Source: Desulfobacterales bacterium CG2_30_60_27 (GTDB lineage Bacteria; Desulfobacterota; Desulfobulbia; Desulfobulbales; CG2-30-60-27). From it: a stretch of 52,367 bases of DNA. Below, piece after piece: positions 1-7,339 of this stretch. The notes below the pieces were generated by a model. It saw only the letters and a list, made by a program, of their open reading frames with translations, ran no database searches and had not been told where the DNA came from. Every line of letters begins with the position of its first letter. Within the stretch, counting starts at the first letter, position 1. The stretch is taken from contig MNYK01000002.1 in NCBI GenBank assembly GCA_001873115.1, forward strand, positions 1 through 52,367, read 5' to 3'. A program made the translations under genes and the position numbers.

Positions 1-104
1 GGAAAGGTTCCATAAAAAACAGGGCGTATGGAAAATGGCCGTGCGGACGATATCAGCATTTCCCGGTTGAGTCGAGCCGGCTTTAATTATACAGTAGAAA
101 AAGG

Positions 105-300
105 GTAACTATCCAGTGGAACCGCAACCCAGGTGAGTTCCCGGACTGGAAATGCTTTTCGCGGGTTCGTCCGCGACCGGGCGCAGGCTGCGCGGGAGGT
201 CGCGGACGCCTCGGAGGCGGGCAGGACGCCCGCCCCCGCATGAGCGAAAAGTATTTTCAGGCCGGGAACGCTTGACTGCCGACACAAGCTGGATAGTTAC
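105..300. repeat. GC-rich foldback element, copy A (termini GTAACTATCCAG / CTGGATAGTTAC)
   Basis: A 12-bp perfect terminal inverted repeat (105-116 vs 289-300). An internal 23-bp helix (140-162 pairs with 244-266, one mismatch, a few G.U). Inner GC hairpins include GTCCGCGAC/GTCGCGGAC. Positions 196-300 recur reverse-complemented at 52264-52367. Confidence 0.6.
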
Positions 301-325
301 CTTAAAGTCAATAAGGAGTCAGCAC

Positions 326-682
326 ATGCGGAAGGAAAAAATCGCCGTTCCCACCAACAACCCCGGTGGCCTGGCAGCGGAACGTTCCGACCATTTCGGC
401 CACTGTGACACCTACACGGTGGTGGATATTGTTGATGGGGTTATTGCCCGGACAGAGACGGCCAACAACAACGGCCACGAAGAGGGCGGTTGCCTGGTGC
501 CAGTTCGAAAACTGGGCGAGCTGGGTGTGGAAGCCATCCTGGTGGGCGGCATCGGCACCCGGCCCTTGCAGGGCTTCGCCGAGCAAGGCATTGAGGTCTT
601 TTTCGCGCCCAAGGCCCTGTTCCCGGATGCCGGTTCCGCCGTGGACGGCCTGCTTCCAAGTAAGTTCACGGTAAGTGTTTGA
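326..682 (+). CDS. NifX/NifB-type (dinitrogenase FeMo-cofactor biosynthesis domain) small protein
   Basis: ATG at 326 preceded by AAGGAG (313-318). The sequence MRKEKIAVPTNN..HFGHCDTYTVVD..ILVGGIGTRPLQGF..GIEVFFA fits the family pattern. The upstream part of ORF-track entry 152-682 overlaps the foldback element and is not credible as coding. Confidence 0.7.
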   Translation: MRKEKIAVPTNNPGGLAAERSDHFGHCDTYTVVDIVDGVIARTETANNNGHEEGGCLVPVRKLGELGVEAILVGGIGTRPLQGFAEQGIEVFFAPKALFPDAGSAVDGLLPSKFTVSV

Positions 683-1061
683 AATTGCGCAGCCAAGAAT
701 TTTAAGCAAATATCGAATATCGAACACTGAATGTCGAATCATGAAGTTTTGTTTCGGGCCGTGGTTGCTGATTTTTGTCTTTGGTGGTTCACATGTTAGG
801 AACGTCAAAATCAAGCAACCGCTTCCCAAGATTGATTTCCTTATTCACTATGATAAATCGCCGGCGCAGGCGGCATGCGGCGCTACTGAACAAATTACCC
901 ATCATGGAACCGGGCCAGGCCTGCAAGGGCCACGGCAACTGCCACAGCCACCGAAGCAAGCCGCGGAGCCTGAATTCAGTTGCCAATTTTGCCTTTCCGT
1001 GCTAGAAAAATGCCCGTCAGCAACGGACTGGCAGATCTGCTGCCGTTTTTTCGCTTCAGAC

Positions 1062-1137
1062 GCCCTCGTAGCTCAGGGGATAGAGCACAGGATTCCTAAT
1101 CCTGGGGCCGTAGGTTCGATTCCTACCGGGGGCACCA
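1062..1137 (+). tRNA. tRNA-Arg (anticodon CCU), CCA encoded
   Basis: Manual cloverleaf: acceptor GCCCTCG/CGGGGGC, D arm GCTC-AGGGGATA-GAGC, anticodon arm CAGGA-TTCCTAA-TCCTG, T arm GTAGG-TTCGATT-CCTAC, discriminator A plus CCA. Confidence 0.9.
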
Positions 1138-1196
1138 CCTGTTTTGCAAACGAATCCGCTCTTCCGTCAGTTCAGACACCTGCGCCGGTGTAAAAA

Positions 1197-1463
1197 ATGA
1201 GTGTTTTCGAAATCGTCATGCTCGTTTGTTTCGGCGCGGCCTGGCCCTTTTCCATATACCGCTCCTACCGAACGCGAACCAACGCCGGCAAGAGCCTGCC
1301 ATTCCTGTACATCGTCCTGGTGGGCTACATGGCCGGCGTTCTGCACAAGATCTTTTACAGCTTCGACCGGGTCATCTTTCTCTATGTCGTCAACGGACTC
1401 ATGGTGGGTGTTGACATCATCATCTATTACCGCAATGCTGGAAGGTTAAAGGCTGATGGCTGA
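1197..1463 (+). CDS. small 3-TM membrane protein, PQ-loop/SemiSWEET-like
   Basis: 88 aa with three hydrophobic segments. The segment AWPFSIYRSYRTRTNAGKSL after TM1 parallels the PQ-loop motif region of SemiSWEETs as I recall it. Confidence 0.45.
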   Translation: MSVFEIVMLVCFGAAWPFSIYRSYRTRTNAGKSLPFLYIVLVGYMAGVLHKIFYSFDRVIFLYVVNGLMVGVDIIIYYRNAGRLKADG

Positions 1464-1469
1464 ACGCTG

Positions 1470-1790
1470 TCACCTCCCCTGCTGGCGCATCCTCTGGTGA
1501 AACTCCTGCTGGAGCTCACGAACCGCCTGACTTCCCATACTGTTTCCGCCCATGGACACAGGTACCGGGCTGACAACGGGATCGGACTTGCGCTGTTCCA
1601 CACGCTGGCGCAACCTGGCCTCCAATTGGGGCGGCAAGACGATCTGATTGGCGGCGGCGGGTGGCGGGGCATCATCCTTTAGAATAACCATGGTGGCCTC
1701 CAGGGTGTCCCAACGCCCATCCTGAGCCTTGCTCTGGGCGGGAATAAGCAGCCCGGCCAGCAGCAACAGCAATGCGATCAGACGAACCAT
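1470..1790 (-). CDS. secreted hypothetical protein, third gene of the ECF sigma operon
   Basis: ATG at 1790 with GGAGAAG 7 nt upstream. Signal-peptide-like MVRLIALLLLLAGLLIPAQSKAQ. Overlaps the anti-sigma stop by 13 nt. Confidence 0.5.
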   Translation of the reverse strand: MVRLIALLLLLAGLLIPAQSKAQDGRWDTLEATMVILKDDAPPPAAANQIVLPPQLEARLRQRVEQRKSDPVVSPVPVSMGGNSMGSQAVRELQQEFHQRMRQQGR

Positions 1791-2479
1791 GATGCTTCTC
1801 CATGCCAGTACCTGTCCAGCCAGGCCGAATGCCATGGCGCGCCGGAGAGCCGCGGCCGGACATCCATGGCCACCTCAAAGACCTTGCGTTTGTTATCGTG
1901 CTCGACCCGCGCCACCAGGGTGCCAGCGCCGGCCCGGTTACCGACCACCGGCAAGGCCAGCAGGTTGTCGCCCTTGCGCAGGTCCGTGGTCCAGGTGATC
2001 TGCCGCTCACCCGGATAACCGTCCAGTTCAATGTACTCGGGGAGCAGAATGCTGATGGTTGAACCGGCCAGATCCTGGGGCACGTTGACCACCATCTGGA
2101 TGGTACGGGAGGCGCCAACCGCCATGGTCACCCCGGCCAGTTGCTGGATAGCCTTTTCCGCCCCTTGAAACGGCAAGCCGAAAAAAAGGAAGAGCATGAT
2201 CGCCACGGCCACGCCGCCGCCGGCCAAAAAGCCGCCCCACCAGCCGTGATGTTGCGTTTCCTGGTACATGGCGTTTTCCAGGACCCGTTCCGCAAAACCA
2301 GGCACCGGCGACGGCACCGGCAACTGCCGCAGGGCCCGTCGGAACTTCTGTTCAGCGGCCACCGCGGCCCCGCACCCTGGACAATCCGCCAGGTGTGCCT
2401 GGATCGACTGGGTGGCGACGGGTTCCAGGTAGCCGTCCATGAAATCGTTGAGTTGGGCGATGACCTGCTGACAGTTCAT
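1778..2479 (-). CDS. anti-sigma factor, zf-HC2 type, single TM
   Basis: N-terminal H-x3-C-x2-C motif (HLADCPGC), a central TM (GGFLAGGGVAVAIMLFLFFGL), and a position immediately downstream of the ECF sigma gene. Start is ATG 2479 (AGGTGA upstream) or GTG 2488. Confidence 0.75.
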   Translation of the reverse strand: MNCQQVIAQLNDFMDGYLEPVATQSIQAHLADCPGCGAAVAAEQKFRRALRQLPVPSPVPGFAERVLENAMYQETQHHGWWGGFLAGGGVAVAIMLFLFFGLPFQGAEKAIQQLAGVTMAVGASRTIQMVVNVPQDLAGSTISILLPEYIELDGYPGERQITWTTDLRKGDNLLALPVVGNRAGAGTLVARVEHDNKRKVFEVAMDVRPRLSGAPWHSAWLDRYWHGEASWFV

Positions 2480-2488
2480 GTGCTTCAC

Positions 2489-3088
2489 CTATTGATTAAT
2501 AGACGTCTGGACGGAGGGCAGGGTTCCCTCGGCCAGCAGCAGGCCTCGCAGACGGGCCCGGGCCCGGTGCAGCCGTGACTTCAGGGTGCCGATAGGCGTA
2601 TCCAGGATGTCCTCCAGTTCATGCAGGGTATAGCCCTCCATGTCGTGGAGTACGCAGAGGGTGCGCTGATCCTCGTTCAGGGCCGCCAGGGCCAGGTGGA
2701 GCCGCTGTTGGGTGAACATGGCCTCCACCGTTGCCGCCGGCCCCGGGCGGTCGGACGGCAAGGCTTCGAAAAAATCAGCATATTCGTGGCCATCCCGGCC
2801 CCCCAGCGCCGCAAGGATGACGGGCGCCCGGTCGCGCTTGCGCTTCCGGTCCACAAAGGTCCGAAAGAGAACCTTCATGAGCCAGGGCTGCAGCTTTTCG
2901 ATCTTGTCCAGGTCTTGGCGCTTGGCATAGAGCTTGACCAACACATCCTGCACCAAGTCCTCGGCATCGGCCACGTTGCCGGCAAAACGGAAGGCCGTGC
3001 GAAAGAGGGGCTGGAGGTAGGGGCGGAGCAGGGCCTCGAACCGCGAGGGTCCGGAGCGAAAGCGCATAAGGTCGATTATGGTTGCCAT
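2489..3088 (-). CDS. RNA polymerase ECF-type sigma-70 factor
   Basis: About 200 aa from ATG 3088. Region 2 (DAEDLVQDVLVKLY) and region 4 (DTPIGTLKSRLHRARARL) motifs are present. Confidence 0.85.
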   Translation of the reverse strand: MATIIDLMRFRSGPSRFEALLRPYLQPLFRTAFRFAGNVADAEDLVQDVLVKLYAKRQDLDKIEKLQPWLMKVLFRTFVDRKRKRDRAPVILAALGGRDGHEYADFFEALPSDRPGPAATVEAMFTQQRLHLALAALNEDQRTLCVLHDMEGYTLHELEDILDTPIGTLKSRLHRARARLRGLLLAEGTLPSVQTSINQ

Positions 3089-3151
3089 ATTTTTCCGTGC
3101 TATGAGTAAAGTTGCAATCACAAGGTATCGCGCCCAACCTGTTGTGTCAAA

Positions 3152-3179
3152 TGACGTCGAAGTTTCTGAAAAGGTTGCA
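3152..3179 (-). promoter_or_regulatory. candidate ECF-type promoter (TGCAACC-N16/17-CGTCA)
   Basis: The minus strand reads tgcaacc ttttcagaaacttcga cgtca about 65-90 nt upstream of the sigma gene start. Resemblance to the generic AAC...CGTC ECF promoter architecture only. Confidence 0.25.
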
Positions 3180-3300
3180 TGCTTTTTGAGGTTGAATTTA
3201 TTACCGCGCAGGGTGACCGGCCACGCCCTATCACGAATATTGACAACCACCTCCCGACGGCGGCAAAGTAATACTACTACAAGTAATACAGGAGATTGCC

Positions 3301-3534
3301 ATGCGCATTACCAGCAAGGGACAGGTAACAATCCCGCGGGCAGTGAGAGAAAAATTTGGCCTTCTTCCACAAACGGAGATTGAGTTCCAGGTAAAAAACA
3401 ACACCGTCTATATCCGCAAAAGCACAACCCCTTCCCGGCCTGGACGGGGGCGCGGCTTAATCGATCGGATGCGTGGTCGAGCCACGATTACAATGAGCAC
3501 CGACGAGATCATGGCCTTGACCAGGGGTGAGTAA
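3301..3534 (+). CDS. vapB: AbrB/SpoVT-family antitoxin (VapB-like)
   Basis: MRITSKGQVTIPRAVREKFGL is the typical SpoVT/AbrB swapped-hairpin N-terminus. GGAGA RBS present. The stop overlaps the start of the PIN gene (ATG 3534). Confidence 0.8.
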   Translation: MRITSKGQVTIPRAVREKFGLLPQTEIEFQVKNNTVYIRKSTTPSRPGRGRGLIDRMRGRATITMSTDEIMALTRGE

Positions 3535-3950
3535 TGTCCACAAGGGTGTTAGTCGACAGCAACGTGCTGCTCGACATTCTTGAGGAGGATCCCCGCTGGT
3601 TTTCCTGGTCGGCGGATCGCCTGGCCGAATGTGCGGAGAACTACCCCCTGATCATCAATCCGGTGATTTATTCCGAGGTTTCAGTGGGGTTTGCCCGTAT
3701 TGAGGAACTTGAGGAGGCCCTGCCCCATGATGTTTTTGCGCGGCGGCCATTGCCATGGGAAGCGGTCTTTCTGGCGGGAAAGTGTTTTCTGCGCTAGCGC
3801 CGTGCCGGTGGCACCCGCCGCTCCCCGCTGCCTGATTTTTTTATTGGAGCGCATGCCGCCGTGGAAGGGCTGACCTTGCTGACCCGCGACGCAACCCGGT
3901 ATCGAAGCTATTTCCCCAAGCTTGAATTGATTTGCTCTGGCAAGTTGTAG
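3534..3950 (+). pseudogene. vapC: PIN-domain toxin VapC interrupted by an in-frame TAG at 3795-3797
   Basis: The 87-aa ORF (VLVDSNVLLD...) stops at TAG. The same frame continues for 50 more codons, RRAGGTRRSPLPDFFIGAHAAVEGLTLLTRDATRY..., to TAG 3948-3950. That continuation is the conserved C-terminal half of VapC, including the LLTRD acidic motif. Confidence 0.8.
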
Positions 3951-4008
3951 AGACGATCGGCCGATATGACGGATCGGACGGATAAGACGTTTGGCTGATT
4001 TTTTCCCG

Positions 4009-4037
4009 TTGACAATTCCGCCGCGGTTCAGTATCAG
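4009..4037 (+). promoter_or_regulatory. sigma70-like promoter (TTGACA-17-TATCAG) for RS1/cob operon
   Basis: TTGACA at 4009-4014, a 17-nt spacer, TATCAG at 4032-4037. The same arrangement is duplicated at 35410-35438. Confidence 0.5.
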
Positions 4038-4040
4038 AAA

Positions 4041-4209
4041 GGCTCATCTGGGTGCTTCCGCAAGGAGGCGTAAAAGGGAACCCTGTGCAAATCAGGGACG
4101 GGCCCGCCGCTGTAACCGGTGACAACTTCCGCAGATTGCCACTGTCCTTTAGGGACGGGAAGGCGCGGAAGGCGAACGAACCGGAAGTCAGAAGACCTAC
4201 CCGGGTGCC
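4041..4209 (+). promoter_or_regulatory. cobalamin riboswitch RS1
   Basis: Conserved cores are present: AAAAGGGAACCCTGTGCAAATCAGGGAC..GCCCGCCGCTGTAACCGG..GCCACTG..GGGAAGGCG and a B12 box AGTCAGAAGACCTACC. Confidence 0.9.
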
Positions 4210-4269
4210 TGGCATGCAGACCTCCGCGGCGTGAGGAATGCCAAGAAGATATTCGGGTAGCAGGGATGT

Positions 4270-4307
4270 CCCCGGATCGAATCATTTCGGTCCCGGGGAT
4301 TTTTTTT
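4270..4307 (+). terminator. intrinsic terminator, expression platform of RS1
   Basis: Hairpin CCCCGGATCGAA..TTTCGGTCCCGGGG followed by T8. Confidence 0.7.
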
Positions 4308-4350
4308 GCCAAAAACCCGTAAACACCGCCACCCTCCAGGCCTGTGACCA

Positions 4351-4962
4351 ATGATGGTAAAACGACTCTTACTGGTACGACACGCCGAGACCGGGCCCGA
4401 TCTGGCCGGTAAATTCATCGGCGCCACGGACGTCCCCCTGGCCGGTCGTGGCCCTGAGCAGGCCGACCGCCTGGCCACCTATCTGACCCGGTTCAGGCCT
4501 GGGGTCTGTTTCGCCAGCCCCATGCGCCGCACCCTGCAGACCGCCGAGGCAATCAGCGCGGTAACTGGTCTGCAAATCCTCAATGATCCCGATCTGCGTG
4601 AAATCGACTTCGGCCACTGGGAAGGCCTTGATTTCCAGACTATCGCCGCCGCTGACCCTGAACGGGTGCGGCTATGGTCCAGCCAGCCGGACAGTTTTCA
4701 TTTCCCGGGTGGCGAGGCCGTCACCTCGTTTCAGAACAGAGTGGCGAACGCCGCGGCCAGGCTGAGCGCCAACAAGACCGATACCATCCTGGCCGTCACC
4801 CATGGCGGCGTCATCCGCGCCATACTCTGCCACCTGCTGGGCCTTGCATGGAAACAGTATCTGCTCTTTGCCATCCAGCCGGCCATGGTCACAATCATCG
4901 ACCTGTATGACGGCGGCGGCGTTTTATCCGGCCTCAATCTCGGCCCAGAGGAAAACGTCTGA
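4351..4962 (+). CDS. cobC: histidine-phosphatase family, alpha-ribazole phosphatase
   Basis: LLLVRHAET catalytic motif, THGGVIR motif, and a position as first gene after RS1 in the nucleotide-loop operon. Confidence 0.75.
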   Translation: MMVKRLLLVRHAETGPDLAGKFIGATDVPLAGRGPEQADRLATYLTRFRPGVCFASPMRRTLQTAEAISAVTGLQILNDPDLREIDFGHWEGLDFQTIAAADPERVRLWSSQPDSFHFPGGEAVTSFQNRVANAAARLSANKTDTILAVTHGGVIRAILCHLLGLAWKQYLLFAIQPAMVTIIDLYDGGGVLSGLNLGPEENV

Positions 4963-4963
4963 C

Positions 4964-5491
4964 ATGGCGCGAATTATCCTGATCACCGGCGGTTCGCGCA
5001 GCGGCAAAAGCCGCCACGCCCAGGCCCTGTGTGAAACCATGCCTGGGCAACTAATATTTCTGGCCACCGCCACCGCCCTTGACGAAGAAATGGCCCGGCG
5101 CATCACCCGCCACCAGGCAGACCGGCGCCAAGGAGACTGGCACACCGTGGAAGAACCCCTGAACCTCCAAGCCGTGATACGCGGCGTCGACCCGGGGGCC
5201 ACCATCCTGCTGGACTGCCTCACCCTGTGGGTCGGCAACCTGCTCCATCTGCAGCCGGACATGGATGAGGACGATATCGACCGCTGCGCCGGCGAGTTGC
5301 TTGCCACGGCCCGCAATCACCAGGGCACCATGGTCTTCGTCACCAACGAGGTCGGCATGGGTATCGTCCCGGATAACGAAATGGCCCGTCGTTATCGTGA
5401 TTTAGTGGGCCGCTGCAACCAGGCGATTGCAGCCGCGGCCGACCAGGTAATCCTGGTCACCTGCGGCATGCCCATCACCATCAAAGCATAA
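4964..5491 (+). CDS. cobU: adenosylcobinamide kinase / adenosylcobinamide-phosphate guanylyltransferase
   Basis: Starts MARIILITGGSRSGKS (P-loop). About 175 aa. ATG at 4964 lies one base after the cobC stop codon (4960-4962). Confidence 0.85.
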   Translation: MARIILITGGSRSGKSRHAQALCETMPGQLIFLATATALDEEMARRITRHQADRRQGDWHTVEEPLNLQAVIRGVDPGATILLDCLTLWVGNLLHLQPDMDEDDIDRCAGELLATARNHQGTMVFVTNEVGMGIVPDNEMARRYRDLVGRCNQAIAAAADQVILVTCGMPITIKA

Positions 5492-5503
5492 CAAGGACAC
5501 GAC

Positions 5504-6568
5504 ATGGAACTTCTCAAGCAGACCATTGCCGCCATTACCGGCCAGGACCACAACGCCCGCGCCCTGGCCAAGGACCGCCTCGATCAACTGACCATGCCGC
5601 ACTGGGCCCTGGGCCGGCTCATGGACCTGGCCCTGGACCTGGCCGGCATCACCGGCTCGATCCAACCGCCGGTTACCAGCAAGGCGGTGGTTACCATGGC
5701 CGGAGATCATGGGGTGGTGGCCGAGGGCGTGAGCAAGTTTCCCCAGGAGGTCACCCCGCAGATGGTGATGAACTTCGTGCATGGCGGGGCCGGGATCAAC
5801 GCCTTGACCCGCCTGGCCGGGGCCGAGGTGGTCGTGGTGGACATGGGGGTGGCGGCCGATCTGGCGGGACTTGCCGCAGCCGGCAAGATCATCGATAAAA
5901 AAATCGCCATGGGCACCAGGAACATGGCACAGGAGGCGGCCATGACTCGTAATCAGGCCGCGCAGGCCATCGAGGCGGGCATCGAGGTGGCGAACTCGCT
6001 GGCCGGCCGGATTGATCTCTTCGGCACCGGCGACATGGGGATCGGCAACACCACGCCCTCCACCGCCATCGCCGCCGTCCTCACCGGCCATACCGTGGCG
6101 GCCCTCTGCGGCCGCGGCACTGGCCTCGATGATCAGCAGTTGCACCACAAGATCGAGGTAGTGGAGACCGCCCTGGCCCTGCACCGACCCGACCCGACCG
6201 ACGGTCTCGACGTGCTGGCCAAGGTGGGCGGCTTCGAGATCGGCGGGATCGCCGGCCTCATCCTTGGCTGCGCCGCCAACCGCAAGCCGGTGTTGGTGGA
6301 CGGCTTCATCTCCACGGCCGGGGCGCTCATCGCCCACAGCCTCAAGCCCGAGGTTTGCCAGTACATCATCGCCGCCCACCGCAGCATGGAACCTGGCCAC
6401 CGCATCATGCAGGAACATCTGGGTATCACACCATTGCTGGACCTCGACCTGCGCCTGGGCGAGGGCACGGGCGCGGCCCTGGCCATGCACCTGGTGGAGG
6501 CGGCGGTCGCCATCCTCACCGAGGTGGCCACCTTTGCCGAGGCCCAGGTGGCCGGGGCCGACAAGTAA
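5504..6568 (+). CDS. cobT: nicotinate-nucleotide:dimethylbenzimidazole phosphoribosyltransferase
   Basis: 354 aa with the GDMGIGNTT motif and family-typical N-terminus (LDQLTMPHWALGRL). Confidence 0.9.
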   Translation: MELLKQTIAAITGQDHNARALAKDRLDQLTMPHWALGRLMDLALDLAGITGSIQPPVTSKAVVTMAGDHGVVAEGVSKFPQEVTPQMVMNFVHGGAGINALTRLAGAEVVVVDMGVAADLAGLAAAGKIIDKKIAMGTRNMAQEAAMTRNQAAQAIEAGIEVANSLAGRIDLFGTGDMGIGNTTPSTAIAAVLTGHTVAALCGRGTGLDDQQLHHKIEVVETALALHRPDPTDGLDVLAKVGGFEIGGIAGLILGCAANRKPVLVDGFISTAGALIAHSLKPEVCQYIIAAHRSMEPGHRIMQEHLGITPLLDLDLRLGEGTGAALAMHLVEAAVAILTEVATFAEAQVAGADK

Positions 6569-7339
6569 ATGATGGATCGCTTTCTGGCCGCCGTGGGTTT
6601 TCTCACGATTCTCCCTTTGCCGGGGCGAACCGGTACCGACGAACAGGCCCTGGCCGGCAGCCTGTGGTTCTTCCCGATTGTTGGCCTGCTGATTGGTGCC
6701 CTGGCGGCCAGCGCGGCGTGGCTGCTCGGCGCCATCTTGCCGCTACCGGTCGTTGCCGTGCTGCTCGTGTTGATCCTGCTGGCCGCCTCGGGCGGCCTGC
6801 ACATGGACGGCCTTGCCGACACGGCCGACGGATTTTTCAGCGCCCGACCCAGGGAGAGAATTCTTGCCATCATGCGCGACAGCCGCGTGGGCGCCATGGG
6901 AGTCATGGCCATTGTCCTGACCCTGGCCCTGAAAATCGCGGCGCTCGCCAGTTTTCCCATAGAGAATCTCTGGATCCCAGCCCTGCTTATGCCCCTGGCC
7001 GGCCGCTGCGTCCTGGTGCTGTTGACCGCGATCCAGCCCTATGCCCGATCGGAAGGGGGGCTGGCCACGCCCTTCTATGCCGGCGCTGCCAAACCGTCGG
7101 CAGCCTGGGCTTTGACCGTTTTCACCGTCACCGCGTGGCTGGTGGCCGGGCCGGCCGGTCTGGTTGCCATGGCCGGCGTCATGGTGGGCAGTCTGCTCTT
7201 TACCGTCCATTGCAAGCATAAAATCGGCGGCGCCACCGGCGACACCCTGGGCGCGGCCTGCGAACTTGCCGAAACCTTGACCGCGCTCCTGTTGCTTGCC
7301 CAGCCTGCCCTTCCCCATCTTGGGGGGATCTGCCGATGA
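6569..7339 (+). CDS. cobS: adenosylcobinamide-GDP ribazoletransferase (cobalamin synthase)
   Basis: Polytopic membrane protein with FLTILPLP and the DGLADTADG motif. Confidence 0.9.
   Translation: MMDRFLAAVGFLTILPLPGRTGTDEQALAGSLWFFPIVGLLIGALAASAAWLLGAILPLPVVAVLLVLILLAASGGLHMDGLADTADGFFSARPRERILAIMRDSRVGAMGVMAIVLTLALKIAALASFPIENLWIPALLMPLAGRCVLVLLTAIQPYARSEGGLATPFYAGAAKPSAAWALTVFTVTAWLVAGPAGLVAMAGVMVGSLLFTVHCKHKIGGATGDTLGAACELAETLTALLLLAQPALPHLGGICR

Noticed and set aside
105-300. Possibility that foldback copy A is a known riboswitch (Moco/Tuco because of the NifX-like gene downstream; also ZTP, SAM, glycine, c-di-GMP, guanidine).
   Set aside because: I could not match any conserved core I remember for these classes. 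The GCCTCGGAGGC segment is just a palindrome. The second copy is in the opposite orientation, which favours a DNA-level repeat. This is not excluded; it needs cmscan.
152-325. N-terminal extension of the NifX-like ORF (ORF track start at 152).
   Set aside because: The extension is Arg/Pro-rich nonsense that overlaps the foldback element. A canonical AAGGAG-N7-ATG exists at 326, where the family homology begins.
675-1193. 172-aa ORF spanning the spacer after the NifX-like gene, and the smaller ORFs 775-1005 and 789-986.
   Set aside because: The long ORF runs straight through the tRNA-Arg gene. It has no RBS or family resemblance. A Cys/His-containing peptide (MEPGQACKGHGNCHSH...) caught my eye, but nothing supports it.
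5402-6490. Long antisense ORFs opposite well-supported genes. Examples: 5402-6490(-), 6133-6960(-), 12005-13102(-), 17615-18916(-), 23404-24669(-), 25006-25719(-), 31186-32577(+), 33843-35297(+), 36092-37099(-), 39582-40475(-), 40169-41419(-), 45714-46712(-), 47729-48850(+).
   Set aside because: Each lies fully opposite a gene with strong family motifs. Their translations are low-complexity Gly/Arg/Ala/His-rich strings, typical of shadow ORFs in high-GC DNA. None has an RBS or a recognisable domain.
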